Shown in pieces: positions 17,993 through 27,707 of a stretch of DNA of 64,000 nucleotides. Below the pieces are notes generated by a model that was not told where the DNA came from, did not search any database, and worked only from the letters and a program-made list of their open reading frames with translations. The DNA lies in the NCBI GenBank assembly GCA_963662315.1, contig OY759353.1, positions 416,001 to 480,000 on the forward strand, read 5' to 3'. The position numbers and the translations under genes are program-made. Origin of the DNA: Geopsychrobacteraceae bacterium. Lineage in GTDB: Bacteria; Desulfobacterota; Desulfuromonadia; Desulfuromonadales; Geopsychrobacteraceae. Position 1 is the stretch's first letter. The number at the start of each line of letters is the position of its first letter.

Positions 17993-18988
17993 ATGGGTAC
18001 AGCGGGTAGAATCTCCAAGAAATACAGCCAGGCAGCACGTCTGCACGACCTCATCCGTATCCTGGAGGCGCGTTATGGGGCTACTGTCGAAGACTTAGTT
18101 GAAGAGTGTAAAGTTACCCGACGGACTATTTATCGTGATCTTCAAGCGATTATTGATGCTGGCTACCCATTGGTGAGTGAGCGGCAGGATGACGGTCATG
18201 TTTTGTACGGTTTTGTATCCGGTTACAGTAAAATTCCTCCTATAACATTTACCCTTGAGGAATTGATGACCCTTTACTTCAGCAGGGGGCAGTTGTCATT
18301 CCTTCACGGAACTCCTTTTCAGGAGGATCTTGACGCTATTTTTGGAAAAATTCGCTCAAGCTTGCCTCCCCGCAGTGTGGCTCATCTAGAGCGCATAGCT
18401 GAGGCGTCTTCTCCGCGGTTTCGTGGTTTTAAAGATTACTCAGGTCAGAGCGAGTTATTAAAAGAGTTACGCCAGGCATTGTTGAAACAACTGCGCTGTG
18501 AAATCGTCTATCGTCCCGCCCAGCGAGAACCATCCGTTTATCAGATTGACCCATATACGCTGCTATTTTTTAATAACGGATTATATATTGGTGGCTACGC
18601 ACATAATCGTCAGGGGTTAAGGCTCTTTGCTCTTGAGCGTGTTCATTCTCTTACCGTTTCGAAAGAGCGATTTGAGGTTCCCGATGAATATTCTGCTGAA
18701 CAATTGACTGGTACCGCTTTTGGTTTGATCGATGAGGGGGATGTCTTTGATTTGGAGGTCGAATTCGCTGCTGATATTGCTCACCTGATTGCAGAAAGGA
18801 TCTGGCACCCTGAGCAGCAGCTTGAAATTCTTGAGAATGGGGGAGTGACGTTACGCTTTCAGGCGAGTGGCGATAAGGAAATTCTGGCCTGGTTATATTC
18901 CTTTATTCCTCACGTGAAGGTTTTAAGACCCGATACTCTTAAAAATAGATTTGTCGAAGGTTTGCAGCTGGCGTTGGAACAGCAATAA
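17993..18988 (+). CDS. HTH-WYL-WCX transcriptional regulator
   Basis: N-terminal wHTH (VTRRTIYRDL), WYL core (IDPYTL...LYIGGY...LRLFALERV) and WCX (WHPEQQ, VKVLRP). Confidence 0.9.
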   Translation: MGTAGRISKKYSQAARLHDLIRILEARYGATVEDLVEECKVTRRTIYRDLQAIIDAGYPLVSERQDDGHVLYGFVSGYSKIPPITFTLEELMTLYFSRGQLSFLHGTPFQEDLDAIFGKIRSSLPPRSVAHLERIAEASSPRFRGFKDYSGQSELLKELRQALLKQLRCEIVYRPAQREPSVYQIDPYTLLFFNNGLYIGGYAHNRQGLRLFALERVHSLTVSKERFEVPDEYSAEQLTGTAFGLIDEGDVFDLEVEFAADIAHLIAERIWHPEQQLEILENGGVTLRFQASGDKEILAWLYSFIPHVKVLRPDTLKNRFVEGLQLALEQQ

Positions 18989-18996
18989 TTGTTATG

Positions 18997-19028
18997 TGAC
19001 ATATTCTGTCATGCTGTTGGTTGATAGT
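18997..19028 (+). promoter_or_regulatory. Putative WYL operator with adjacent -10 element
   Basis: Palindrome TGACA-N5-TGTCA at 18997-19011, followed by GATAGT at 19023-19028. Confidence 0.6.
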
Positions 19029-19060
19029 GACATTATTCAATCAAAGCAAAGGAGATTGTC

Positions 19061-19438
19061 ATGATCTGGTTTCCGACGTATGAACAAAATTTTGCCCAGA
19101 ATTGCTACTTTGATATACGTGATGCTGAAATTCAGTATCGTCACAAGACGTTTAGCGGTATGGTATCCGGTATTCTGGGAATCGATGAAAAGGAGTTCTG
19201 GGCAGAGATCAGTATCGGGACCGAATGGGCGATTCAAATTTTACCGATCTGGAATGACGATGGGCAGGTTGATAATCTTCCTGAAAGCCTGAATCCGGAT
19301 CTTCTTAAAACGGCTCTTGCTGATGAAGTTAAAAAAGTCTTGCCCGATTTCCGTCCTGTTCGTTATTCGGCGACTCCTCATTATTCCGAACAATTCTCTT
19401 TCCCTTCATTGGTAGTAAGAGAGCAGCACGCAGCTTGA
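19061..19438 (+). CDS. Hypothetical protein
   Basis: AAAGGAG RBS and a 125-aa ORF; no family recognised. Confidence 0.75.
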   Translation: MIWFPTYEQNFAQNCYFDIRDAEIQYRHKTFSGMVSGILGIDEKEFWAEISIGTEWAIQILPIWNDDGQVDNLPESLNPDLLKTALADEVKKVLPDFRPVRYSATPHYSEQFSFPSLVVREQHAA

Positions 19439-19488
19439 TTTGTTGACCTTTATTAGGAATTAGACTGGCTGCTGAAAAGAATATTTCT

Positions 19489-20073
19489 ATGAGAATAATT
19501 GTTTTGGCATCCACCAGCCCGTACCGTAAACAGCTGTTGCAACAGTTGCAGCTGCCGTTTGAATCAGCTGCCCCCGATTATGTTGAGGAGATTGATTCTT
19601 CTGTTGCACCTGCACTGTTGGTTCGGCATCTGGCTTTAGGAAAAGCGCAAAGTCTGGTTGAGCAATTTCCCGATGCGCTGATTATCGGATCTGACCAGAT
19701 TTTTGTTGATCAAAGGGAAAGACCGGTTGGAAAGCCTGGTAATATGCAGCGGGCATGTCAGCAACTGCGTGAAATGTCAGGGCGTACCCATACTTTTTAT
19801 ACTGGACTGGCGGTGATTGACAGTCGCAGTGGTGAAGTTCAGGCTGATCACGATAGCTTTTCTGTACAATTGCGCCATCTGAGTGAGGCGCAAATTCATT
19901 CCTATTTGACGCGTGAGCAGCCTTTTGATTGCGCTGGATCATTTAAGGTGGAAGGCCTTGGCATTGCTCTTATGGAACGTATGGAAGGTAACGATTATAA
20001 TACCCTGATTGGTATGCCTCTCATTAAGCTTGTTGCCATGCTAGAGCATTTTAAAGTCCCTGTTTTAGGGTAA
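19489..20073 (+). CDS. maf: Maf-family nucleotide pyrophosphatase (YceF-like)
   Basis: LASTSPYR, IIGSDQ, GKP and CAGSFKVEGLG motifs. Confidence 0.92.
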   Translation: MRIIVLASTSPYRKQLLQQLQLPFESAAPDYVEEIDSSVAPALLVRHLALGKAQSLVEQFPDALIIGSDQIFVDQRERPVGKPGNMQRACQQLREMSGRTHTFYTGLAVIDSRSGEVQADHDSFSVQLRHLSEAQIHSYLTREQPFDCAGSFKVEGLGIALMERMEGNDYNTLIGMPLIKLVAMLEHFKVPVLG

Positions 20074-20114
20074 CTTATGGGTATTATTGATAACAAAAAA
20101 ATTCTATTTTTTTC

Positions 20115-20143
20115 TTGATTTTTCGACTGTTTTTTATTAAATT
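20115..20143 (+). promoter_or_regulatory. Putative sigma70 promoter of the riboswitch leader
   Basis: TTGATT-17 nt-TAAATT. Confidence 0.5.
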
Positions 20144-20164
20144 AAACCAAGCTAAGAAATTGGC

Positions 20165-20245
20165 TGATCGAAAAAGGCAAAACCAAAGAAATTTGGTGAC
20201 GCAAAGCCACGGGTCCTCAATCTTAGGATGGCCGGGTTGCCGAAC
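20165..20245 (+). ncRNA. c-di-GMP-I (GEMM-I) riboswitch aptamer 1
   Basis: GGCAAA-P2 with GAAA loop-GACGCAAAGCC-P3-GCCGGGTTGCCGA consensus. Confidence 0.93.
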
Positions 20246-20277
20246 AAATATTAAGTTCTTGAGAGAATGATTTCGAG

Positions 20278-20313
20278 AGCACTTATTTCGGCAACGGAAT
20301 AAGTGCTTTTTTT
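20278..20313 (+). terminator. Expression-platform terminator of riboswitch 1
   Basis: 13-bp stem AGCACTTATTTCG/CGGAATAAGTGCT, GCAA loop, T7 tail. Confidence 0.85.
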
Positions 20314-20369
20314 GTTGGTATTTTTTTGCAGTGGGTCAATGAAAAGCTGCTGCACAAATTAAAACTAGA

Positions 20370-20450
20370 TCTCCGAAAAGGCAAAATCAGAGAAATCTGA
20401 TGACGCAAAGCCACGGGTCCTCAATCTTAGGACAGCCGGGTTGCCGAAGA
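20370..20450 (+). ncRNA. c-di-GMP-I (GEMM-I) riboswitch aptamer 2
   Basis: Same consensus as aptamer 1; 32 nt identical to it. Confidence 0.93.
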
Positions 20451-20487
20451 GAATGCGCTGCATTTTTTTCTCAACCCCCGTTTCTTT

Positions 20488-20532
20488 AAAATGCGCTCAT
20501 TCCCGGCAGCGGAGTGCGCGCATTTTTGGTTT
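20488..20532 (+). terminator. Expression-platform hairpin of riboswitch 2
   Basis: AAAATGCGC-T-CATTCC/GGAGTG-C-GCGCATTTT stem with an interrupted T tail. Confidence 0.6.
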
Positions 20533-20558
20533 CGACCAAAGAAAGGAATGCGGGGGAA

Positions 20559-23500
20559 ATGAAAAGTTATTTTTTGAAAACAAGTTTTCTGTTGGCTCTG
20601 CTAACTGTCCTGTCTGTGATGCCGGCATTTGCCAAGTCTGTAACGTTGTCCTGGGATGCTAGCCCTAGCCAAGTTACAGGCTATAAAGTGTACTATGATA
20701 CCCAGTCAAATGGCATCTTTGAAGGGATCGACGCCATCGAGGGGGATTCCCCGATTGATGTCGGCGCTGTATTGACCTACACGGTTACAGGGCTTGATGA
20801 TGGCGAAGATTACTTTTTTGCTGTTACTGCCTACGACGCTTCCGGTAACGAGAGTACCTACTCAAATATTGTTGCCAGCAGCGCAACGCCATCGACTCCA
20901 GCTGACAATAACGCACCGGTGCTCAGTAATATCGGTGCTAAAGTTATTTCTGAAGGGGCTTCTCTAACCTTCACTGCTTCAGCAACAGATGCTGATGGCG
21001 ATGTCTTGACTTATAGCGCCAGTAATCTTCCGTTCGGTGCAGTCTTCAGTAATGGTTCCTTCAACTGGACCCCTGACTATTTATCCGCCGGTACCTATTC
21101 TGTGATTGTTACTGTCAGTGATGGTACTGACTCTGCGAGCGAAACAGTTTCAATTACTGTTAATGACGTGAATCGTGCTCCAGTACTGGCCAGCATCGGC
21201 AGCAAGTCTGTTGATGAAGGTTCTGCACTGAACTTCTCCGTCAGTGCGACCGATAGCGACAATGATACTCTGATTTTCAGTGCTGAAAACCTGCCGAATG
21301 GTGCACGTTTTGACAGTGCTGCTCGCTATTTCTCATGGATTCCTGGTAGTGACGCAGCAGGCACTTATCAGGTGACTTTCAGGGTCAGTGACGGTAGTGC
21401 AATTGATGCAGAGGTCGTGACTATTGTTGTTGGCAATGTTAACCAGGCTCCTGTTCTGTCAACAATCGGGACTCAATCGGTAGCTGAAGGTTCTTCTTTA
21501 AGCTTCACCCTGAGCGGTAGCGATGCAGATGGCGATGCTCTGACCTATGCCGTTGCTAACTTGCCCGCAGGTGCGACATTCAACCCTTCAACTCAGGTCT
21601 TTAACTGGACTCCTGAGTATGCAGAAACAGAAAATACCCGTATCTATCCGGTTACTTTCACAGTGAGTGACGGCAGCGCGTCTGATAGTGAAACGGTGAC
21701 GATCAATGTGACTAATGTGAACCGAGCTCCAGTGATGGCTGCGATAAGCGCACAGAATCTTCTCGCGAACAACGCCTTCAGCCTCAGCCTCAGTGCTTCG
21801 GACCCGGATAATAACTCATTGAGCTTCAATGTTTCAAATTTACCTTCTGGGGCCACATTCAACGCTGGTTCCGCAGTCTTTAACTGGACCCCGTCAGCAG
21901 AACAGGCCGGTAATTACCAGGTTGTCTTCTCCGTGAGTGACGGCAGCCTCAGTGCTTCTCAAAGCGTTTCCCTGACGGTGACCTTCAGTAACTCTGCTCC
22001 GGTTATTACCGGTACTCCAGACAGCTCGGTCATGGCGACCTATTCCTACGGGTTTACTCCTTTGGCGTCTGATGTCGACGGTGATACGTTGACCTTTTCC
22101 ATCAGTAACAAACCTGCCTGGGCTAGTTTCGATACCAGCACCGGACATTTGTATGGCAGCCCATCTGAAACTCAGACCGGTAGCTTCGGTGGTATTGTGA
22201 TCAGTGTCAGCGATGGAAACCTGACATCTTCGTTGACCGCTTTCTCGATTAATGTCGCGGCCTACATTCCGGTTGATACTGATCAGGACGGTATCCCAGA
22301 CAGTCAGGATGCCTTCCCCAACGACAGTACTGAATGGCAAGATACTGATGGTGATCGGATCGGTAATGTTGCTGATACCGATGATGATAATGATGGTATC
22401 CTTGATCAATATGACAGTGCTCCACTCGATAGCAGCATCAGCGACTGGACGGTTTATGCCGTGGCTGAAGAGGGTGGCTACATTACCCCTGCTGGCGATA
22501 GTTACCATGCATACGGCAGCAACCAGAGCTTCGAGCTGATGCCTCAGGCTGGTTATTACATCAGTAAACTGCTGGTTAACGGTGTATCGGTCGGTGCCGT
22601 AACCTCTTATGATCTTACCGGTATCTCACAAAACTACGAATTGGTCGCTGAATTTGCAGAGATCCCTGTTGGCTTGAGTCTTGATACTATTGTCGAAGGT
22701 CTGCCTGGTGTGGATCGTGTTGATGGTGGCGATGACAGTAATAATTATGTCGACGGCACACCGAAACTTGCTCTCGACTACCAATTCTCCGTCGTCTTCC
22801 GCGCAACCGATATTACTGCCGATACCCGCAATGTTTACCTGGTGCTTGATGGTTATAAATATACCATGAAGCTGAGCAGCGGGACTTTGGCAACTGGTGC
22901 TGAGTATACGGTTATCACACGTCTGGGACCGGCTTATGCTCATAGCTTCTATTTTGTTGCTGAAGATTTGTCCGGAAACACAGTTTCCCGTTATCCGGAG
23001 CAGGACGCTCTAACCGGGCCAGAGGTAGAACTTCTCGACGGGCGTAACGTGGTCGCTATTTCTGCTGATATTGATGCTTATGGCCTCGATTCCCTGGGTG
23101 CTTTTGCCGACAAGCAGGTTCAAACCTACCTGCCGGATCGTGATCAGTACAAACTTGCGGACTCAATTGGCCCGATTACTGTTGGGCAGGGTTATGTCAT
23201 CAAACGAGCCATTAATGCTTCGATTCCAGACTTGCGCGGTTACGGTGACGTTGCTGATGATGTCGTTGAAATCCCGGTTGAAACTGGTTGGAATCTTATT
23301 GGTAACCCGTATGGTGGGCGTGTCAGTCTGGCCGATATCGATGTCCAGGTTGGAAATAATGTGGCCGTCCCCTGGTTGAACGCTGTTGATGATAATATTG
23401 TTGTCGATGGTATCTACTCTTACCTTGGAGAAGATTGGGGCGGGATCAATGAATACGCTACCGCTTCCGGTACAACTCCGGCACAATTGATTCCATGGAT

Positions 23501-23570
23501 TGGCTACTGGGTTTATATAAATCCTGCCGACTCTCCAGTAACGCTGCTGATTCCGAAGCCATTACAGTAG
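20559..23570 (+). CDS. Large secreted adhesin-like protein: FN3, five Ig/cadherin-like repeats, TSP3-like Ca-binding repeats, C-terminal beta domains
   Basis: Signal peptide ending AFA, FN3 motifs (LSWD...GYKVYY...AVTAYD...ES), five NxAPV repeats, DTDxDG repeats and GWNLIGNPY. Confidence 0.88.
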   Translation: MKSYFLKTSFLLALLTVLSVMPAFAKSVTLSWDASPSQVTGYKVYYDTQSNGIFEGIDAIEGDSPIDVGAVLTYTVTGLDDGEDYFFAVTAYDASGNESTYSNIVASSATPSTPADNNAPVLSNIGAKVISEGASLTFTASATDADGDVLTYSASNLPFGAVFSNGSFNWTPDYLSAGTYSVIVTVSDGTDSASETVSITVNDVNRAPVLASIGSKSVDEGSALNFSVSATDSDNDTLIFSAENLPNGARFDSAARYFSWIPGSDAAGTYQVTFRVSDGSAIDAEVVTIVVGNVNQAPVLSTIGTQSVAEGSSLSFTLSGSDADGDALTYAVANLPAGATFNPSTQVFNWTPEYAETENTRIYPVTFTVSDGSASDSETVTINVTNVNRAPVMAAISAQNLLANNAFSLSLSASDPDNNSLSFNVSNLPSGATFNAGSAVFNWTPSAEQAGNYQVVFSVSDGSLSASQSVSLTVTFSNSAPVITGTPDSSVMATYSYGFTPLASDVDGDTLTFSISNKPAWASFDTSTGHLYGSPSETQTGSFGGIVISVSDGNLTSSLTAFSINVAAYIPVDTDQDGIPDSQDAFPNDSTEWQDTDGDRIGNVADTDDDNDGILDQYDSAPLDSSISDWTVYAVAEEGGYITPAGDSYHAYGSNQSFELMPQAGYYISKLLVNGVSVGAVTSYDLTGISQNYELVAEFAEIPVGLSLDTIVEGLPGVDRVDGGDDSNNYVDGTPKLALDYQFSVVFRATDITADTRNVYLVLDGYKYTMKLSSGTLATGAEYTVITRLGPAYAHSFYFVAEDLSGNTVSRYPEQDALTGPEVELLDGRNVVAISADIDAYGLDSLGAFADKQVQTYLPDRDQYKLADSIGPITVGQGYVIKRAINASIPDLRGYGDVADDVVEIPVETGWNLIGNPYGGRVSLADIDVQVGNNVAVPWLNAVDDNIVVDGIYSYLGEDWGGINEYATASGTTPAQLIPWIGYWVYINPADSPVTLLIPKPLQ

Positions 23571-23581
23571 GCAAAGGAGCG

Positions 23582-24847
23582 ATGAAAATGAAAACGCATG
23601 AACTGATTATTCATATTATGAAAGCGATAGTCCTGGGCCTTCTGATTGCTTCTATGACCGCTTGTAGTGGTGGGGGAGGGAGTAGTTCGGATTCGTCCGA
23701 GTCTACAACTTCGACCGATGTGCCTACCGGTACAGTTCCGGCTGCCGGGTCAAGTATCAGTGGCTTCGTAGCCGATGGGTACCTTGCTGATGCGCGTGTG
23801 TTCCTGGATCGTAATCTTAATCGCAGTTACGATGATGGCGAGCCCATGACGATGAGCGGCAGTGATGGCTCGTATACTTTGACGGTCAATGCCGGAGATG
23901 GTGATATCTACCCAGTTCTTGTCGATGTCATTGCCGGACAGACCATTGACCAGGACAATGGTTTGTTTATTGAAGATAGCTATGTCCTTGAAGCACCTCC
24001 CGGTCATTGGAAGTTTGTTTCGCCGCTAACGACTCTGGTTAACCATGAGCTGGACAAAAACCCGTCATATTCCCTGCAGCAGGCGGTTCTGGCGGTTAAA
24101 TCCTCTATGGGCATAGCTGATGACATTTCCGTTTTTGATAATTATCTTAATGATGTCAGTGCCAGCGTTTCTTCAATGCTGGAGAAGAAACGAACTCATC
24201 GTGTTGCCCAGACTGTTGCCAGACTGATGGGGCTATTGCGCAACGATATTAAAGCAAATATCGGACGCAGCTTAACGAAAGCTGAAACAGAAATATTGTC
24301 CTTCATGATCAGTGACCAAATCAGGCAGTATGCCAGCCTGGTAAAAGCTGCTGTTGAGTCTGAGAGGAATTATGCGACAACGATTAATGTCAGTGATCTG
24401 GTTTCTGATTTGTACAACCGTATCGCTGTAACAACCCTCAATGAACGGTTGATGGCGCTTTATTCCCAGCGCCTTGAGCAAGAAAATGCGGTATGGGATA
24501 TGATTCCGCCCCAGGTGGTCAGTTTTTCTCCTGAGGAAAATGCAGCAAGTTCGATCGAAACAATTGTAACGGTACGCTTTGACGAAACTCTGGATACGGC
24601 TCAGTTTGCAGATAACGTGTTGACCCTTATTGGGCCTAACGGTTCCGTTGCCGGTGAATTTTATTATGATTCTGCCCTGAAACAACTGAGTTTTTCACCG
24701 ACCGAGCCATTGTTGCCTTTCAGTACCTATGAAGTTGTGTTGAAGTCAACATTAACCGATGCTGTTGGCAATGCTCTCGGTGAAGATATCAGCTGGACGT
24801 TTAAGACGATTTTTGATCAGACTCCACCGCCTTTACCGGAATTTTAG
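23582..24847 (+). CDS. Lipoprotein with C-terminal Ig-like (Big_5/SbsA-like) domain
   Basis: AAAGGAG RBS, MTAC lipobox plus Ser/Gly linker, VADGYLADARVFLD, and C-terminal DAVGNAL..SWTFKT. Confidence 0.82.
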   Translation: MKMKTHELIIHIMKAIVLGLLIASMTACSGGGGSSSDSSESTTSTDVPTGTVPAAGSSISGFVADGYLADARVFLDRNLNRSYDDGEPMTMSGSDGSYTLTVNAGDGDIYPVLVDVIAGQTIDQDNGLFIEDSYVLEAPPGHWKFVSPLTTLVNHELDKNPSYSLQQAVLAVKSSMGIADDISVFDNYLNDVSASVSSMLEKKRTHRVAQTVARLMGLLRNDIKANIGRSLTKAETEILSFMISDQIRQYASLVKAAVESERNYATTINVSDLVSDLYNRIAVTTLNERLMALYSQRLEQENAVWDMIPPQVVSFSPEENAASSIETIVTVRFDETLDTAQFADNVLTLIGPNGSVAGEFYYDSALKQLSFSPTEPLLPFSTYEVVLKSTLTDAVGNALGEDISWTFKTIFDQTPPPLPEF

Positions 24848-24854
24848 AATTGGC

Positions 24855-24899
24855 TAACAAGAAGAGCGGCCTGCTTTTGGTGGACCGCTCTTCTTGTTA
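24855..24899. terminator. Bidirectional terminator hairpin
   Basis: TAACAAGAAGAGCGG...CCGCTCTTCTTGTTA between convergent genes. Confidence 0.75.
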
Positions 24900-24912
24900 A
24901 TCTGAATAGTGG

Positions 24913-26247
24913 CTAAATTTGTTCATTTTCTGTTTGCTTTTCTTCACGATCATCTCTAAAAAGGCGTCGTTTGATGCGTCTGGTGGTAAACCAGATGACG
25001 ACAATAACAAAGGGGATGGCTGTTGCGAGCAACCTATTTTTGTCTACGCCCAGTTCCTTTAACGGAAGCCCACTGAAAATATAACTCAACAAGCCTACAG
25101 CGTAGTAGCTGATGGCCGCAATAGACAGCCCCTCAACAGTTTCCTGTAAGCGGAACTGTAATTTGCTGCGACGATTCATTGCCGTTAACTGAGAGCGGTT
25201 CTGCTCCTGCAGGACCAGGTTGACCCTGGTTCTCATCAGATCGCTGGCGCGCTCAATCCGGCGTGACAAATCTTCCATCCAGTCTCGAACGGATTCGCAG
25301 GTTCGTATGGCCGGCGTCAGACGCCTTTTAATAAATTCTCCCATGGAGGCGAAGCCCTCCAGTTGCTCTTCTTTAAGGCCATCAAGGCGGTCATTAACCA
25401 ATTGATAATAGGCGCGAGTCGCTGAAAAACGATGGTTTGTTTCGGTTCGGTAACTTTCCAGTTGTGCTTCAATGCTTGACAATGTTTCTAGCAGACTGCG
25501 TTCGCTCTTAGTGGTATCTAGATCGGTTACAACCGATAGTATATCGGCCAGTTGACGGTCCATATCAAGCAGCTGAGGAGCTATTTTTTTGGCAATTGGT
25601 AATGCCATCAGGGTCAGCAAACGATATGTTTCCAAATCGGTCAGGCGGCGGTTTAGTTGCCCGAGTTGGGATATGGTAAGGTTGTCATGACAGACGATGA
25701 AACGTCCGTAGTGATCTCCATGAAGTTTAAACGCTGTATAGACTTGGGCTTTGCCGGAAAATACCTTGCTGGCAATGACCTGATGTCCTTCAAAGTAACG
25801 GCTTAAACTTGTACTGTCGTAACTTAGCTCTCCTGTATCAATAACACAGTGAAAAGCAGTCAGGATCTGACCGGGGAGTTTGCTGACCCAGTCAGCGGGA
25901 AGCAGGTCGATAGCTGTATAGTCAAATGGATCCCCCGGAGAAATAACCGGGTGCATGAAAGTAAAAGAATAAAACTCTGCATGTAGTTCCCAATGAACAG
26001 CGAAGTCGCCAAAGCTTTCATGGTAATTAATACTCTGCTGTGTAGGGATATTGACATCATAGCGGCGGCATAAATCGCACAGTAGTTCGTAAGATTTTAG
26101 CAATTCCTCCCGGTTATTACAGCTTCCGGCAACATGGGTAACCTGTTGTGGGCTGGATAGCAGGTAAAAAGGGCGGATGTGCAGCTCATTGTAAAGCTCT
26201 TCCCTTAATGGGTGAAGAGTGTATTCAATTGGCCTGTTTCGTGCCAT
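24913..26247 (-). CDS. DUF3422 family membrane-anchored protein
   Basis: HPLREELYNELHIRP, ETYRLLTLMALP, RFSATRAY and QETVEGLSIAAISYY; two C-terminal TMs. Confidence 0.88.
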   Translation of the reverse strand: MARNRPIEYTLHPLREELYNELHIRPFYLLSSPQQVTHVAGSCNNREELLKSYELLCDLCRRYDVNIPTQQSINYHESFGDFAVHWELHAEFYSFTFMHPVISPGDPFDYTAIDLLPADWVSKLPGQILTAFHCVIDTGELSYDSTSLSRYFEGHQVIASKVFSGKAQVYTAFKLHGDHYGRFIVCHDNLTISQLGQLNRRLTDLETYRLLTLMALPIAKKIAPQLLDMDRQLADILSVVTDLDTTKSERSLLETLSSIEAQLESYRTETNHRFSATRAYYQLVNDRLDGLKEEQLEGFASMGEFIKRRLTPAIRTCESVRDWMEDLSRRIERASDLMRTRVNLVLQEQNRSQLTAMNRRSKLQFRLQETVEGLSIAAISYYAVGLLSYIFSGLPLKELGVDKNRLLATAIPFVIVVIWFTTRRIKRRLFRDDREEKQTENEQI

Positions 26248-26387
26248 TTTTGATTTTCCTTGTTTCTGACCATGATTGGGTTTTTATCATCGTTAATTAT
26301 CATGTTGTTTAGTGGACGGTTAAAAACGTTCATGTTTTCAAGGTCAATTTTGCCAGTTGACGTCTTGTCGCCGCTGGTTGAAACAAA

Positions 26388-27425
26388 TTATGAAAAGGTC
26401 TTATTTTCCTGCTCCTGAACACGTATGAAAGTGGTGCGCTTGGTTAGCTCTTTCAATGCTGATGCACCGACATAAGTGCAGGTCGAACGGATGCCACCAA
26501 GAATGTCCTTAACCGTTTCGGCAACTTTTCCACGGTAAGGAACCTCGACAGTCTTCCCTTCAGATGCGCGGTATTCAGCAACACCACCAGCGTGTTTGCC
26601 CATAGCGGTAGCCGAACTCATGCCGTAGAACAATTTGAATTGTTGACCGTTCCGCTCTATCAGTTGGCCGCCACTTTCGTCATGACCAGCCAGCATACCG
26701 CCAAGCATGACGAAATCGGCCCCGCCACCAAAGGCTTTCGATACATCTCCGGGTACGACACACCCACCATCGGAAATGATTCTTCCCCCTAGACCATGAG
26801 CAGCATCGGCACATTCGATAACGGCAGACAGTTGCGGATAGCCAACCCCGGTTTTTACCCTGGTGGTACAGACCGATCCTGGCCCGATCCCAACTTTGAC
26901 AATATCGGCACCTGCAAGAATGAGCTCTTCAACCATTTCTCCGGTAACGACATTACCGGCAACGATTGTCTGAGTCGGAAATGTGTTACGACAACGTTGC
27001 ACAAATTCGACAAAAGCTTCTGCATAACCGTTGGCGACATCGATGCAGATGAATTCTAGCTGAGGGTGGGCGCTGATAATCTGTTTAAGCAGCTCGAAAT
27101 CGGCCTCTGCGGTACCGGTACTTGCCATGATATGTTTGAAAATGAGTGGATCTCGATCCATCAAAAACTGCTGCCACTGCTCAATGGAATAATGTTTGTG
27201 AATAGCGGTCAGTAGTCCGAATTCAGCAAGAACTTCTGCGAGCTCAAAAGTGCCTACTGTATCCATATTTGCTGCGATAATCGGCACGCCGGTCCAGGTT
27301 CGTTGACTGTGCAGAAAACTGAATGACCGGTCTAGATTGACCTGGGCCCGACTTTTCAACGTGGAACGTTTTGGCCGAATCAGAACATCTTTAAAGCCTA
27401 ATTTAAGATCTGCTTCTATCCTCAT
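26388..27425 (-). CDS. guaC: GMP reductase
   Basis: [26 protein letters not shown] and [13 protein letters not shown]. Confidence 0.97.
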   Translation of the reverse strand: MRIEADLKLGFKDVLIRPKRSTLKSRAQVNLDRSFSFLHSQRTWTGVPIIAANMDTVGTFELAEVLAEFGLLTAIHKHYSIEQWQQFLMDRDPLIFKHIMASTGTAEADFELLKQIISAHPQLEFICIDVANGYAEAFVEFVQRCRNTFPTQTIVAGNVVTGEMVEELILAGADIVKVGIGPGSVCTTRVKTGVGYPQLSAVIECADAAHGLGGRIISDGGCVVPGDVSKAFGGGADFVMLGGMLAGHDESGGQLIERNGQQFKLFYGMSSATAMGKHAGGVAEYRASEGKTVEVPYRGKVAETVKDILGGIRSTCTYVGASALKELTKRTTFIRVQEQENKTFS

Positions 27426-27707
27426 CGTCATCTCCGTACAAATGTTTATTAACAAAGAGAGCGGTTTTTCCGCAGTTTGTGATGCGTTAATTATTCTGGC
27501 TTACGATTGTGTTCATAATATTAACTGATTTTGTCAAAATAGACAGCATAGACATTTCTTGACCATAGAGATGTCTCAATGCTAGTCTAGAATGATTGTC
27601 GGAAACTGCTCATGAAATGCCATTGGAGACTTGCGCTCCGTCTAATGTTATGTTTTTATCTATTCGAAATTACTCGTTAAAATATTATTACAAGGATCGT
27701 CCTCTCT

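Noticed and set aside
17993..18988. WYL gene as marker of a CRISPR/BREX/CBASS defence island
   Set aside because: No recognisable defence genes nearby. Kept only as a regulator-plus-orphan module.
20165..20450. Direct repeat as CRISPR or mobile-element ends
   Set aside because: Only two copies, no cas or transposase gene, and fully explained as tandem riboswitches.
20441..20662. 73-aa ORF and the extended start at 20514
   Set aside because: Both overlap the riboswitch and its hairpin. ATG 20559 gives a proper signal peptide.
27430..27707. Purine riboswitch upstream of guaC
   Set aside because: No aptamer consensus or terminator recognised; only short imperfect inverted repeats.
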